A stretch of DNA of 62,875 bases, the filler included, from Choristocarpus tenellus KU-1152 (Eukaryota; Protista; Phaeophyceae): assembly GCA_964200185.2 (NCBI GenBank). It is 8 parts of 8 records of this genome, joined end to end, with 100 filler letters (N's around TTAATTAATTAA, not from the genome) between each part and the next. Parts side by side here need not be neighbours in the genome. Positions count along the whole stretch, not along the records: positions 25,241 to 37,767 come from CAXNAD020001810.1; positions 37,868 to 40,620 come from CAXNAD020025043.1; 6 more parts are not named here. One strand, 5' to 3'. Position 1 is the stretch's first letter. Each line of letters opens with the position of its first letter. The translations under genes and the position numbers were made by a program. The notes under the pieces were generated by a model. It worked only from the letters and a program-made list of their open reading frames with translations. It did no database searches and had not been told where the DNA came from. This document shows, piece after piece, positions 26,701-40,720 of the stretch.

Positions 26701-29700
26701 TTGGTATGTGCTAGGGAGCATAGCTCTTTGAGAATTTTCTCATTGCTCTTTCTTTCAAAGTGTAAGTACATTCAGTGAACTCTTCAATTGTTTGCAAATT
26801 TATCCTTGGGCTTCAATGCAATCTCGACAAAGCTCTGGTTGCTAACCTGACTGTTAATCCAACGACTGGGTGTATAGGCAGGTTAGGGTTAGGGTTGTCC
26901 AAGACCATGTGCTGTGAACTGTTACTGAATATACCCTTCGGTATAGACTGATCGGTATGACCAGATCGGTATGACCAGATCAGTATGACCAAATCAAATG
27001 GGAAGGGTGTATCATTTTTCTGCCCAAGGACAAACTTGCGTCCCCTTGCTGGTAGTGAATTAATTAACTTGCTGGTAGTGGTGCTTAGGCACAAAAAAGG
27101 TCGATTGATTTTCTTGTTGACATTTTCTTCTGAGTGTTGAACTCCCCCCTGGTGTGCTGCCTGAGTGTGTCCTCCCTCCTCTGTTGTCCACCTGCTGCAC
27201 TATTGAACCGAAGCTAGACATATCAAAGTTGTCTCAAGCGTGTGATAGATGAAGATATTTTGTCATTTCTTTTGCTTTATTTATTGAATATGTGAATTTA
27301 TTTAGCATCATTTTTTTTTTGACAGGTGACTCTGCAGCACTGTTTGTGGGTTCCAAGAATCTTCTTGGGGGACAGGGCATCAACACCAAGGAATCTGTTG
27401 CCAGCATCCTCAAAAAAGCACTTGCCCAAAAAGTAAGGTCAACAGATTTTTAGTGTTAAATGGAGCACACAAACACTAAATGACTAGCGTCTCCAATAGA
27501 TGGCCTTGATGTATAATTTTTCATGACACAAGGCTGAGATGGCCCTACTCCTATCCTCAGTCACCAGAGTGAGTGCTAACCCCAAACTCATTTTCCTGAA
27601 TTGATGGGAGGCGTTTTCTATCATCCATTTCTTGACCTGGAGGAGTTGACTGTGTATGTGCTCCCCTTGTTCACTGTGCTCCTTGACCTCTGTTGACCTG
27701 ATATGGGTGCTACTTGGTGTGAGTACATTGAGTGCAAGGGATGAAAAGGATTAGTGAATGGAGGCTGCAGTCGTTTTTTGCATTTTTGTCATGACATATT
27801 TTCTTAACAGTCACCCTCTTTCCCATACATATCAAACCTGCTCTTGTGCATTTGAAGTATCTACTGCAGCATGTATATTTGATCAAAGTGTTGCCACACC
27901 AACCAACATGTGCAGGCAAAAGGTATCATACAGATACAGGCGGTACATCTGACTCTTCTGTATGTTGCACTCTTGAAAAATTCACAGGGAGAGAACCAGT
28001 TCCAGTCCTTCAAGCTCAAGAGTGTGAAGGAGGGTGCTACAGAGTGAGTTTGGTGATCTTTCTGTTTGTTTTTGTTTTGGCTGGGAAGTGCTTTGTAGGG
28101 ACCTGGATACACCAACACATTTACATGTGCCAGTGCGGCATTGAGTCACATGTCTCAAATATCAGTGATAGATTGAATAGCCCCACTGCTAGAGGGGGTT
28201 AGGGTTAGGGTTAGTGATTGGAAACATTTGCTAGTGCAGTTTGAAGGGCATGCATGTTTATACTGTCAATGTACTGATAAATCGATGGGATGGATGTGTG
28301 CGCCCTGATAAACACGAGATCCCAGCCCCCACAAATATATATATTTTTTCATGACTTGTGATGAGAAGTCACTGAGCTTCATCACTAACTGACAATGATG
28401 ATGTCATACACCTTGTTTTTTATTATTGTTTCAGTTATGTGTATGCCACATGCTGGATAATGGTGCTGTCTACTTGTCAAGAGCAAAATACTCGTAACTG
28501 TGTACTATTAATATGCAGTAATGATATCAATAGAATGTATGTACTCTGCAAGTACTTCAAACCCACATTCTCTCCAAAATGAAGGTGTGACTTAAACATG
28601 CATAATCTAGATTAGTACTTTTATCTCATGTGTGATCTTCACAATTCAGGATGGCATCGTAGCATTATGATTTTTATTTGTACTATCTTCACTTCAGTCT
28701 TAGACAAAATTATATAGGAACCTAGGCCAAACAATGGCCAAAGGCACTACATGCCGTGTTTGTTTGCTCTCACTCCTTTTACTTAACTACCAACTGCCTG
28801 ATACAGGATGACTATACAGCCATGTGCGTGCCTTGCTATTTTTCTTGTGTGGTAGGTTTAGCCATCCAATTACCTTTGTTCTCCCCCCTCCCTTGAAATG
28901 ATCTCACGCAGTATTTGCCTGGATGCAATGAAGGCTTCCCACCACGATTTAGGTTTTTCTGCACGAGGTTTAGTGACATGCAGGATGGTAGTAGATGTAT
29001 ACAATAACAGTCTGTTGTGCTTGCCATGTGATTCATTGAAGTCTGTATAGATGGCGGTGAATGGAATTAAATGTATGCATGTAGTAGATGTGTGCAGATT
29101 TTACCTCAAGAGAAAAAAGATGACTGTGAACGGAATGAAACGCCTAACCATTATAGCCTTTCTTGGCAAGGAGAAGTCACCTAACCATTAAACTACGATG
29201 ACAGTCATAGGAGTAAGAGAAATAATAGAAGCACATCCCACACTTCGATTTCTGCTCCCAAGTCCCTTTATAGAAATTGACGACCTTGAGTCAAGTAGTC
29301 AAGTAGTGTGTTCATTTGTTGGGACTGATTGTGGGACCACCTCATCCCTTGGTGTGCCTTCTACAGCTATGCTGGGAACAAGTATTACATCGCTGAATTT
29401 GAGTATGAGCTGCTAACAGGAGCAGGCTTTACTGTGGAACGCAGGGGTGTCGCAAGCATCACGCAGGTTGGTTTGTTATATGCAGTGTTTGTTATATTCA
29501 GTGCCCTTCAATCTGTATATATCGTATTTGTGTGCTGCAGTGGAATCATACAGTTGTGTCCACATGTGTGGTATATGGGCTTCGCTTGATAGGATCTCCC
29601 GGATTTGCACAGATGTTTAGTCCACCCCATTTTACTTGCAATTTACAATGTTTAGCACAGTTGTTGTTGTATCCTACCTATTATTGACTCGTTGATGCTG

Positions 29701-30209
29701 TAGTGGTCACTTTCTTTTACATTCAGAGGATACGGTGCAGGCCCCATTTTGGTTGGACTTCAATTCGTTGGGGCGCTTCAGTAAGGCCATACTAGTACTT
29801 CACAAGTTGTGTGATGCCCATTAATTACCTGTGCATTTAAAGGAATGTGTCCCTCCCAGTGCTTTCACAACTACCGCCCATTAGGTTTTGAGTCAATTAC
29901 AAACAGGTCTGTGCTATTTGCAAGGTGACAGTTTTCTAATGTAGATGAGACACCCAAGCCTCCTTGCCCCTCCATCTTCCTTGTTCCCAATGTTCAAGGT
30001 CCTGAAGTTCTTGTTGTGTAGCCTCTCCACAGGTGCGTTCACTGTGTTTCATTGCCTTGCACCGTTTTTTGTGCATATTCCCCTAGGTGGGAAAAGGTGT
30101 TCAAGCAGTTTTGGGTGCAACAACCGCCAGCCGTGCCAAGAATGTGAAGCCTGCATTGGTGGAGATTGCAAACAGCTTCCGTGTGTATGACAATTCCAAG
30201 AAAAAGTAG
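25819..30209 (+). CDS. PsbP-domain thylakoid lumen protein (5' exons lost at contig break)
   Basis: Exons 25819-25907, 27326-27432, 27988-28043, 29367-29466, 30087-30209 in phase: YPRGW..GNYGKGDSAALFV..GNKYYIAEFEYELLTGAGFTVERRGVASIT..LVEIANSFRV. The YPxGW, YYxxEF and SFRV pattern is PsbP-like. Confidence 0.8.
26651..26698. repeat. (TG)n microsatellite
   Basis: About 24 perfect units. Confidence 0.97.
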
Positions 30210-30320
30210 ATTGATCCTGGCAAGTAAATCCATCTTCCATTGTGCGCCTATCATGCTGGAATTAGGGCAAATTGATCAAAGTAAGAGCTTGCAACAATGG
30301 GATAGGCCAAGGCAAGTGCA

Positions 30321-30487
30321 GGGTCAAAGTATCTGGGTGGGGTGTCTGCTGTCCATTTGAGGCCAATTTTTTCATATCGCAATTTTTGTGTGATTTGGTT
30401 CCATACGTTGGATCGATAATCAAAGTGCACCTTTCCTGGTTTTGGTTCAAATGTGGACACTCTGGTGTAGACCTCCCCCCCCCAGAT
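30321..30487. mobile_element. MITE, family A (right TIR truncated)
   Basis: Starts GGGTCAAAGTATCTGGG, interior matches the 6895 and 8229 copies, ends CCCCCCCAGAT. Confidence 0.7.
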
Positions 30488-31863
30488 TGGGTTTGCAAGT
30501 CCAAGTACTGATGGTGCAATATGCAACACACGCATGTAAACAATGCAAATGGGCAGTCTGCGTCTCTCTCCGTGATTGTTTACATGCATGCATTTACAGT
30601 ATTTGTGATAAGCCGCTTGAAGTGTATGCATTCTTCAAGAATTGACCAAGTCATCCTGGCAGTGATAATACCTGCCGTAGTACTTGTTACAGGGGGGTCA
30701 CCCTCTTGGTAACACCATGTTCTGGAAGAGTTTGCATGTTGGTTTGTTGTGTAAGTCATTTCACTTATTCGACATAATAAGAACAGACAATGGACAGTCA
30801 ATATAGAGTAGCTCATAATGTAGACACCAGCTTCAATTCAAGTCTCAACTGATGGAGAAACTTTTGGTACCCTGACAATCACTCGGTTGGTTGTACGTGC
30901 CACAGGTTATGGATGGAAAGTAATGGTAAATGCTACATTGATGAGATAAAAGGAGAAGAGTGAACTATTATCCTCACTTTGTGGCCCTTTGCCTTGCTAG
31001 TCTGCTTCAGCATTGAGTAGGTGCTTCAGACAAGAATTTATGGTATTAAAATGTAGTCGAATTAAGCTGTATGGTGAAAGTCGTTGGTCCACATGGAGTG
31101 GCATATTATTGTAATACTAATTCTTCCAAGTATGGCACGGTGAATATATCAGACTGATGCACCTTGCCAAAATTACAAGTAATCTACGTCGTCATGTGGG
31201 TACACCAAAAATCTACAACACTAGTATAACAGTACTAGTAATAGGCGCTGTACAAGCATGAACTCCTTGACCAATGGATTGCAAAATGGGCATCCCCAGA
31301 TGCTACCGTGAGTCCTTGTTGTGAATTGACCCTACCATTGTCACACCCAACGCATGTACTATATTGCCATGTGGAAACATTAATTTGGAGTAGTAAGAGT
31401 AGTATGTAGCAAACAATGATTGTTACCCAGGTGCAAAGAGTGAGAGGAGCTCTGTCCTGCACAAACTTCTTGGAACAATTGCTGTACTGACTCTCCACAT
31501 GTTTTACAGGGACTTGCTGGACATGCAATGAATGCATTGTTGATGCCAGGTCTCCTAGTGCCTTCACACCACCTCTGGTTGGCCCCCTCTTGGACTTTTC
31601 CCCATTCCCATCAGTCTCTGTGGAGTTGAAAGGAGAATGCCATTCCAGAGCCCGATTTTCACACACTTTCTACAAAGCATCATGGTCTTAAAAACACAAT
31701 TAAGCACAGAGAGTTGTTGAATCTATGAAATATACCATACCGGGTCACCTGCAACTGTTGAGGATGCCCCACACCCACAATTAATATACAATGCACACTA
31801 AACCTATGTGAGTGCTATTAACAGTGTCTGCACTATTGTCTCCTGGAAACTAGGTCTTCCTCC

Positions 31864-34800
31864 TTATTTGTGTTGCTGGGCTACTGCCTCCTTAGCTTTG
31901 ATGCTATCATCAAATGAGAGATTCCAAAATCCCTCTGGAGTCTCAGCCGGTGGTCCATGCGCCTCATGGTGCTTATGCCTGACCAGGTGTATAGTATTGT
32001 GGGTGGTGACAGGGGAGAAGTCTCATGAGATGGGATACTTGTGCGAGTCCCTTGCACAAGACCCAGTTCAATCCTTAAACACGCCACTTCTGCAATATCA
32101 CCAAAATCGCAAGTGTAATCCTTCTAGTTTGTAATAGATAGGAGGCTGCAGAAGTGAGAAGATAACATATCACAACGTGGTGGCGACCGGTAACATTGTG
32201 AGTTCAACTTCCATCTGCTTCATTCACTTCAAGGACCAAAACAGCATACTCCCATGTTTTGACTTTTCTACTCTGGGTAGGACCCCCATATCAACCTGCC
32301 TTGAGAGTCTGTGAATATTTCACAAGCTAAGCATAGTCAGAAACTGGACCGTAAATTTGAGCTGTGAGTATATACTATATATATAGTATATAGTATATAT
32401 ATTATGGCGATGTACTATCTGAGATTACTAGGAAAAAGACATTCCAAATTTCAAACATTCTTCATGATTGATTCACTTCTCGTAGCATCTACCCAAACAT
32501 GGAGGGATTGACTTCTTGTTCAAGAATGTTTGATAGTCCTACCCAAATCATGTGCCCCAAATTGGTGGTGGTCACTATTCTTACAATATAGCACTTTGAG
32601 CAATAACTCGTCCTCCGGATGAGCTGGCATGACCTGATCAATATATGGCTACATCTAACAGTAACTTTTAACTAAGGCTAGTAACCCACAACACCTATTT
32701 AATTAGAAGTGAAAACAACAAACAACACCTTCCGAACTCCTGTTAACAAATAAGCAACAAATTGTACCCAAGAAAACCACAAAGGAGGATGGCTTATTTG
32801 TGAGCAATGTGTACGTTTCTTGTCCCCTCTCCCTCCACCTTTCATTGCGATTTCAAAAAAGTGCTCGCATTTGTGTAGCCCAGTTCCTCTTTAGTTCACA
32901 GTCACTGGGTATGGATTGCACAGGAGAACACAAACAACTGCAACCTGCGCTACATCGGAGATAACTAACTCCTTGTGCACACCTGGAGCAGAGGTCCAGG
33001 AGGGCTTGCCGTTCGTTGGGAGATCCTGCCACAGCCTTAAGGTAGGGGCCACAGTGCTCACAGTCATGTCCCTTCATTGCAGCTCGCTTAGCTCTGTCTC
33101 TAACAACCTGCAGAGGTTTTCCAGGCAGCCCCAAAAGTCAAGGAAAGGTTATTTGCTATTAATAGTGTGGACTGAAATAAAAACTAAGGTACACTAAGGT
33201 GCTAGGGGGGCATGTATCACAATGCAAAGGACATGAGATACGGCATCTGATCGGATGTGGGGGGAGGAGGGGGGTGTATGAATGAGGGTGTGCTCATTTT
33301 TGTCCTCTTCAACTGGAACAATAGCAGCACCTTACCTAAAATAAGGCTCTAACACTATCACTCCTTTGTGTAGGCAATGGCATGGTCTCAACTCAAGTCC
33401 GAGTTCATAGTCTAATGCATCAAAGAACAACACTGGTACCAACTCTTTCTCCATTTCCCAATTCCCTCCAGAGCCCAGCAAAGTCCACCAAAACATTAAT
33501 CAACTGTCACTTTCTGGTAGGGAACAGTCAGTGCCACAAACAACAACTGTGTTGCTTCAAAAACGCTGGTGCCATCTTCATTCCTCACCTCTTGGTACTT
33601 GTACCCCCTCTGCCCCCCCTCCAGTCGTTTCCCACTTCCTTCTGATCCCACCCCACCTCCTGATCTATTATGGTTAGACACCCTGAATGTTGGAACAGGG
33701 GTCTGTACTGCATCCACTCTCACAGCTCCCACAAACATGCCTTTATTGCCAAGATCAGATTCTGGGTCAGCAGAAGGGAGAGGTGGTGGATCTTGGTCAA
33801 TGGCATGCTGCTTACATCGTGATCTATTCCTGGGGCTGACACTAGTGAGGGCAAGGGGAGGGTACTGAGGTTCTTGGACCAGGAAGTCTGGCTTTGACTC
33901 TGTTTTATCTCCCTTGTACTCAAAGTCTGCCAAGGATTTGCCACCAGCATAGCAGTCGCCACCTGGCCCTCTTTCCAGTTTTAATTGTGTCCTAAATCCC
34001 TTCCTATTCTCGGTTTCATTGATGTCTTTATTTTGCCCTTCCACATTCCCCTGAGGGTGAGCTGCAGCTGCGGAGGCAAGTCTTTGAGGATTGTTTGGCA
34101 CTGAGGGATCCCCATCTTTCCAGGGCTTCACATTGGCGTCTCCCAGCTCACCATTGTCACCACCCTGGGATATGTGTCTGTCCTGCCATGATGAGTATCT
34201 GCTATTTGTTCCTAATCCTTGCTCCTCTCCTCTCCCTCCGGCTGTCATTGCCCTATCCTCAGCTGCCCCCTCCTCACTTGATTTCACTGCCTTCTGCTCT
34301 TGCAATCCATTGTCCAACTGCTGGTCCCATGAGGTCTTCCGTCTTCTACGACTCCCGTGCACACCTGGGGTGGCTACTGTGCCATGCCCAGGAGAAGACT
34401 TCATTCCTAGAGAGGCACCTTTATCCCTCAACACTGGATCATCGCCACCCACCTCTGACTTCCCCACACCTACAATCACCTTCGTGTCATCGCCAGTGAA
34501 TCCCTTCCTTTTGCTACAATTGATGCTAGTTTTCATGCTTGGTGGAGGTTGCCCTTGCTTGCTAACCTTGTTGAGAGCGCCATCTAAACGAGAACCTCCT
34601 CTCCGATGTTCACGGCTCACCACCTCGATGGTCATGCCGCGACTGCTCCCACTTTCCCCCTTTTCTGCCTGAGTGTCAAGCTTCAGCTTTTTTCTCGAAC
34701 TTGGAATTTCGATATCTCCTGTCGTCTTCCTTGGCCACGCGATCACAGGACGCGGTGTAGTCATGCCTTGAACTTCGCAATCCCCTCCTTCTTCCTGGTC

Positions 34801-35663
34801 TTTTCTATGTCGAGGCCAAATCTCGTCGTCCACAAGATTTCCCTCGACCCTCTCTCGTCTTGCCCGCTTGGCACCACCTCCCCTGGATGTGCAGTCAAGC
34901 TCCTCATAATATCGCTCTTGACCTACATTCCTTGTACTTGTTAGTGTGCCTTGCCTTGGGGAAACAAAATTTGATGTAACAGCGTTTGTCACGGCCTCGT
35001 TTCCTGGAGTCCCCTGTGCCGTGTGGGTCTGCCCGGTGACCCCTTTCGGGGTGTCCATTGCACCGGATTGGTGGGGAGACTCAGAGGCTGTTTCCCGCCG
35101 GTATAGTCTATTCAGAGTGACCAGTTTGTCGCATAGTCGGCGCTTCTCCTTGTACAAAGCCTTGGTCTCCCTAAGGAGGTGTGTAGAACGTGTAGCCACA
35201 GGGTCAGTCGTATACGTGATATCTTCGGGCAATTGGTTCAGGCTATAGGTTTAGGATATGAGGCTCTTGATGCGTACAACAGAAGGTTCTCCTGGATTAG
35301 AAAAATCGCAAAAATAGGTCATCGACATGCAACAACCGTGGCTCGATAGGAGAAAACAATGCAATATCACTTCGCTCACATTGCTTTCTCCTCTAGCTCT
35401 TCTCGTGTTCTCGAAAGCGCTGACATTAGCTCATCTTTTTCCAGCATCCAGTTTTGGCGTTCTTGTGTCCGCTCAGATTCCCATCTGTATCACAAAGGAG
35501 ATTACACAGCCTTCAATTCAAATCGTTTGTTGTTAGGAGGATTGGGGTCTAAGACTGTACACCCTCGGCCAGCCCACCGTTTGTCTGCCTCTGCCAGAGC
35601 CTCCGCTGCAGCTGCACCAGCCTCTAGTGTGTCCTGCAGCAACTGAATACATCGCTCCATCAT
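31864..35663 (-). CDS. SAE2: CtIP/Sae2/Com1 DNA end-resection factor
   Basis: Exons 35663-35578, 35484-35380, 35242-33589, 33107-32983, 31978-31864 in phase. N-terminal coiled coil, long disordered middle, C-terminal Sae2 domain YKYQEVVR..RAAMKGHDCEHC..CSRHK..PPAETPEGFWNLSF. Confidence 0.9.
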
Positions 35664-36743
35664 GGCTGATCAAGTTATAACGGAACTTCCACCAAGTCCA
35701 ACTAAATCAATTAGGTTGGGGATTTCTTGTTGAGGGTTTTAGTGTTTGTAGTTCAGAGTTTAGAGGAACGACTTGTCGCGCGATTAGATTTGTGCGTGTG
35801 TAGGCGATGATAAGAATGACAATGCGACAACAGACACTACTACTTCAAATACTGTAAACACTACTACCAAATCTACTACTACTCCTGTTCTCTCCATAAA
35901 TTTTATCGTTTCAAACCTCACCAACAATTGATGGAATGGGAGGTCATACCCCATGATAATGAGCTACAAAAAATGTACCCAGCAGAAGAAATATGTACGA
36001 GCTTCAAAATTCAATTTCTAAAATTTAGACTTGGAGACTACAACTAGTCTTCAATAAATCTAAGGTAAATCTGGGATAAATATTTTGGTGTTCATCCATG
36101 TACCTACGCCAAACCCCACCCTCAACCTGAGATGTGCCACTGGAGGTGTATCTTGAACCACTATCTACCATAGAGCTCTTGATCTTCAGAGGTCACAAAG
36201 CTCCATCCAGACAATCGTAGACCAGAATCTCATCCTCCAGTTCTTTTTTCACCCCACCACGCACACACACCTAAGTGGAAAGAATCACTAATACACAAGC
36301 ATAGTCGGAAAAAAATAAAGAAAATGTTATACTTTTTATTTTTCATTCATTTATTTAATGAATGGTAGATGTATGTATAATAGGCTAATGCAAAATTGAA
36401 CTTTTTCAGATAAAAAAGGAGGCTAACTTTTCATTTTTTATTCATTAGTTTGATAGGATGACGACACAACAACCTGTTGATATATGCTGTTGATGATATA
36501 TGCTGCTGCAGGATGCAAAATGTCAACATCAGACATACCCGTACCTGCCCCAGGGAAGGAGGTCTAGCTCCTCACTCTGGGGTGCAGGAATAGGTTGATT
36601 GGAGAAACAGGAAGCCAGTAGTGCAACATAGATATGTAGTAGTAAAATAGGAAATAGATGAAAATTTTTCACTTTTTTTTGTCACAACTGTTACTTCCTT
36701 AGGGATTTTTCAGCCATGTTAAAAGTTTTCGTTAGTTTTTCCC

Positions 36744-37012
36744 TGACACATCTGCAAAATGTAAGAGGACATAATAAAAGTATATGCCAAATTTATTACG
36801 CGTTGTTGATGAATGTCGTAACTTCTACTGGTCCAACCGTCGTTAACGATCTAGTACTGTAGTACAGGAATTCGGGAATTTTCTAGAACTCTTCTTCTCA
36901 TAAAACTAAACTACATTAATTTTACTATTATAGCGCTATTCAGAACAATAGTAATGATGTCCGCAATTTTCTGTATATATATTACACCCTCTAACATTTT
37001 GCAAATGTGTCA
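36744..37012. mobile_element. MITE, family C (~30-bp TIRs, TG...CA ends)
   Basis: TGACACATCTGCAAAATGTAAGAGGACATAAT pairs with ATTACACCCTCTAACATTTTGCAAATGTGTCA. The same motif occurs at ~47779 and ~48242. Confidence 0.65.
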
Positions 37013-38395
37013 AAAGGGACAAAGGCAATTCAATATCATAAGGACCCTTCCAACAGTAACAACAACAGTCGTACGTAATAAAATATCCACAACAACAGCT
37101 AAAATGATGTATCTCCCGCAGGACGAATCCGAGTAGGGGATGGTCACCAACAGATTGATAATGAGGAAGAGTAAACCACGCTTACACTTCAATGCTGGGA
37201 ATCCGTCAAAACGGAAAGGTCCTCCATACATGCGGTGGTAGTAGATGCAATCTGATGGGCGAACATGGCTTGCAATGACATATTGGCACCTATGTCAACA
37301 CGATGACTTCGTCTCTCCGATTATTTTTTTTGAACGATCGTGTACGTGGTAGTATTAAAAGCATGCTTGTTGAGATGTTTTAGCAAGCATGACAATCTGT
37401 CACATTCGCTAAATTGACAGTGTTTTAGAGTCTTCTGAGACGCCTATTATTCGGGAAAATTGTGTTCTCAAAGGTGTTGGTTAATATCAGTGGATTACGT
37501 TGCAAGATGCGTTTGCCACAAACATGGTGGATGCAAAATGGTGATTGTGATCTCTCCTATGCTGGTGGTATTCATCAGAGTTTTTGAAAGTTGCTTGCAT
37601 TGTGGTTGGATGGGGGAGTTGGGAGACTGGTGAGTAAATATTATGAAGTGACAAATTGAAACAGAATGTGTGGACCAATGATATATGCACCAACATTTGT
37701 GGGCCAATCACATACACACCCAACCATACCAGCAAACGTGTTCTTGTTTGCCCTCCCACCCAACGACNNNNNNNNNNNNNNNNNNNNNNNNNNNNNNNNN
37801 NNNNNNNNNNNTTAATTAATTAANNNNNNNNNNNNNNNNNNNNNNNNNNNNNNNNNNNNNNNNNNNNTTAGGGTTTTTAAAATAGTAAATCCACTAAAGA
37901 CCGTTCTTAGGGTTTTCAAAAATACCAAGAACGCACTTTATGGGTCTCACACGTTTCTAAGAAGTCTTTCCAACTGGTACCCACTATTTAATTATTTAAT
38001 ACTAAAGACGCCAAAAAGCGGATTTAGTATTTAAATAAACACTAATAGACACTAGAGACCACAAAAAAGCGGATCTACGGTATTCAAGGTTAGCTGTAAT
38101 CTCGAATACAGTTGAACACCCAAAAGACGGGCGTTAGGTTTTTTCCAAAAGTAGAATGATATTCTAATCTTTACACCAACAAATACAGATACAAACCACA
38201 TCCTTCATTGATCTAATACGTTTCAAATGTACGAAACGAAAAGGTCACAAAAAACTTTTACTCTCTGTCTCTTTTCAATATGTAATCGTATGCTGTTCGA
38301 TATTCCTTTGTTGATATAACATTTAACACAATTGTCAACAGAAAGAGAAATCACAGAAAATCAAGAACCGCTTTTTGTCGTCTCTAGTATTTCTA

Positions 38396-38505
38396 GAGCC
38401 AAAGTATCTTAGAGGGTAGAGCCGCGTCCATTTGGGGGTCAAAATACAATGTTGTGATTTTGATGTAATTTTGGCTATCATGTACCCTCTAAGATAGTTT
38501 CACTC
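38396..38505. mobile_element. Family B internal-deletion derivative (110 bp)
   Basis: TIRs GAGCCAAAGTATCTTAGAGGGTA / TACCCTCTAAGATAGTTTCACTC. The first ~85 bp are nearly identical to the 45957 copy. Confidence 0.7.
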
Positions 38506-38854
38506 TTTAAGAATACAAATGTCCAACAATTTCAGATTTTGTATATTGAAAAATTGGAGGGTGCCATTTTTTTTTTGGCCTTTTGGTTTCTGGACATTGG
38601 AAACGTACAAGATCGATTAAGTATGTCCTACTACCACCTTANNNNNNCCGCACCATTTTCGGTCAAAACCATCCTCAATAGTACGCTCCATCCTCAATTT
38701 TTGAAATCCACAGTTACTTGGGCACTTTCCTTTGATCGTAGTTAATCCAACGTCGTAAAATCATGATCAAACTTGGCTCAACAGTTCTTTGTGCAGATAC
38801 CCATCTACTCCAAGATCTTTATCGTTTTCATCACAAAGGGTTCATATATCTGGC

Positions 38855-40190
38855 ATTATCGAAGAACAAGAAGAAGATGACTTAAGCATTGACACAACAA
38901 GTGATGTGCCATGTATTTCAGAGGTATTTGTCTGCAATCAACTCAAACGTTAGATGTGCATCCTGCTCCACCTGGTGCAATGAATTTACGTACTGCTAAT
39001 GGTTCACCACTACATGTTCATGGATTTATTTGTTTACTCTTACACTTGGTGACATTACATTGCCTATGAAAGCTTTAGTGAAGCTACAACTTGGTCCCGA
39101 TAAACTACTGCTTGATACTAATGTCATGTAGGCCTTGGGTGCAATTTTTTATTGATAAGAGCACCTTTCGTTGCACAACAGCTTGTGTGCCATTCTAGCA
39201 AGACATCACACGACAAGGAGCCCCCCACCCAACAAGTGTGTGATATAAGTGCTACTCCTTCGTGCTCTGAGGTGAGTGTGCAACATGATTTTGACCCTGT
39301 ACCCGTTTACATAAACATTACAATATACCAGATGGTGATAAAATCATCATATGTTGCACAACTGCTGATAGTCCGTCTCTTGATACGGCCATCGTAGTGG
39401 AGCCAGTTATACATTCCATGACTGATGTAGACCAGTACAATGAACCTAGCATCCATGGAATCGTATCGTCATTCCTCGCGCTCTCCGTGCTTGGTCGGCA
39501 AATACTAAATCAATATTGGTTCAATTGGCAAATCTAACCGCACGTAGGGTTCGTATGAAGAAGCACCTTGTGATTGGCCACTTGACCCCAATTTCTGATT
39601 AGACACCCCTCGCCGTTAGTGCTCTGAATAACTAATTCTGCCTCGTTCCGTGAAGCAGGAGAGGAGATACATCGAACTTTCAGTAAGACAAATGCTTTCA
39701 AAGATGCCACTTTCACTCAGTAAAAAGTGCCTCAACTTTTAGACCTGTGTGTTCGTTACAGGTCGGTATTTTCGTTGAATGCAGTAGAACTGGGCAGATG
39801 TACTCTAGGTGAAGCAGAAATTCCTATAGAGCCTGGTGCCAGGCCTGTTGGTATAGGAAACCATATAGAGCAACCCCCCCGTGCTCAAGAAGTGATTGAC
39901 TAGTGCCTAAACACCATGGAAGAGCAAGGAATCGATGAAAAACGTGCCAGCCCTTGGGGAATTTCTGTTACCATCATTACCAAGTGACAAAGCTCTCCAC
40001 GTTTCTGTGTAAACTACTGCTCGATCGTTAACAAATATCTTGTTAGATAGACTTGGTCTATGCATAATATGGAGTCGCATATCGATACTGTGGGTGGTGC
40101 CAAATTTATCACCGTTTGTGATATTCAGTGTGCGTATGGGCAGGTTCGAGTTGTTCAAGCTGATATTGATATGACTGCTCTGTATGTGTT
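38855..40190 (+). pseudogene. Ty3/gypsy LTR-retrotransposon pol remnant (protease + RT N-terminus)
   Basis: Frameshifted and stop-interrupted: SIDTTSDVPCISE..LRTANGSPLHVHG (aspartic protease), then ELGRCTLGEAEIPIEPGARP..PYRA..SPWG..RFCVNY..IDTVGGAKFITVCDIQCAYGQV (RT). Confidence 0.85.
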
Positions 40191-40720
40191 CACTCTGAGT
40201 ATACCCATCCAGTTGTGTGTCGAGGTACACTTATTGCAGAGTGAATTCAGAGTCAGAAGAGTAGGTAACATCTTGCACTACCTCACAACACTTGTTAAGC
40301 AGCATCGTTAGATGACAGATGTTTATCAACAGTTATTGACATCGTAAAGTGTTTGCTCCTTGCATCCTCATTCTTGAGTATCCTCTGTTTATACAAGATT
40401 CAAGAGACCTCATATACCTCTGGACTCGTATTCAGGCTGACCGCACTGATGCCCCCATGCCCTCAGACTTTGAACACGATCTTGACGCGATGCTGACCAC
40501 ATCCCACCAAACTCACTCGTACTTAGGCTGACTAACATGCTTGTTTGGTATGCTGACCACATACCATCAACCTTTAACAGGGGATCCTCAAAATTGAGGA
40601 TGGCGCTGGACTATGAGGATNNNNNNNNNNNNNNNNNNNNNNNNNNNNNNNNNNNNNNNNNNNNTTAATTAATTAANNNNNNNNNNNNNNNNNNNNNNNN
40701 NNNNNNNNNNNNNNNNNNNN

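Noticed and set aside
33569-35248. Long plus-strand ORFs (e.g. 34091-34672)
   Set aside because: Antisense shadows of the large SAE2 exon. The same applies to the ORFs opposite Nup155, EFHC1 and the kinase.
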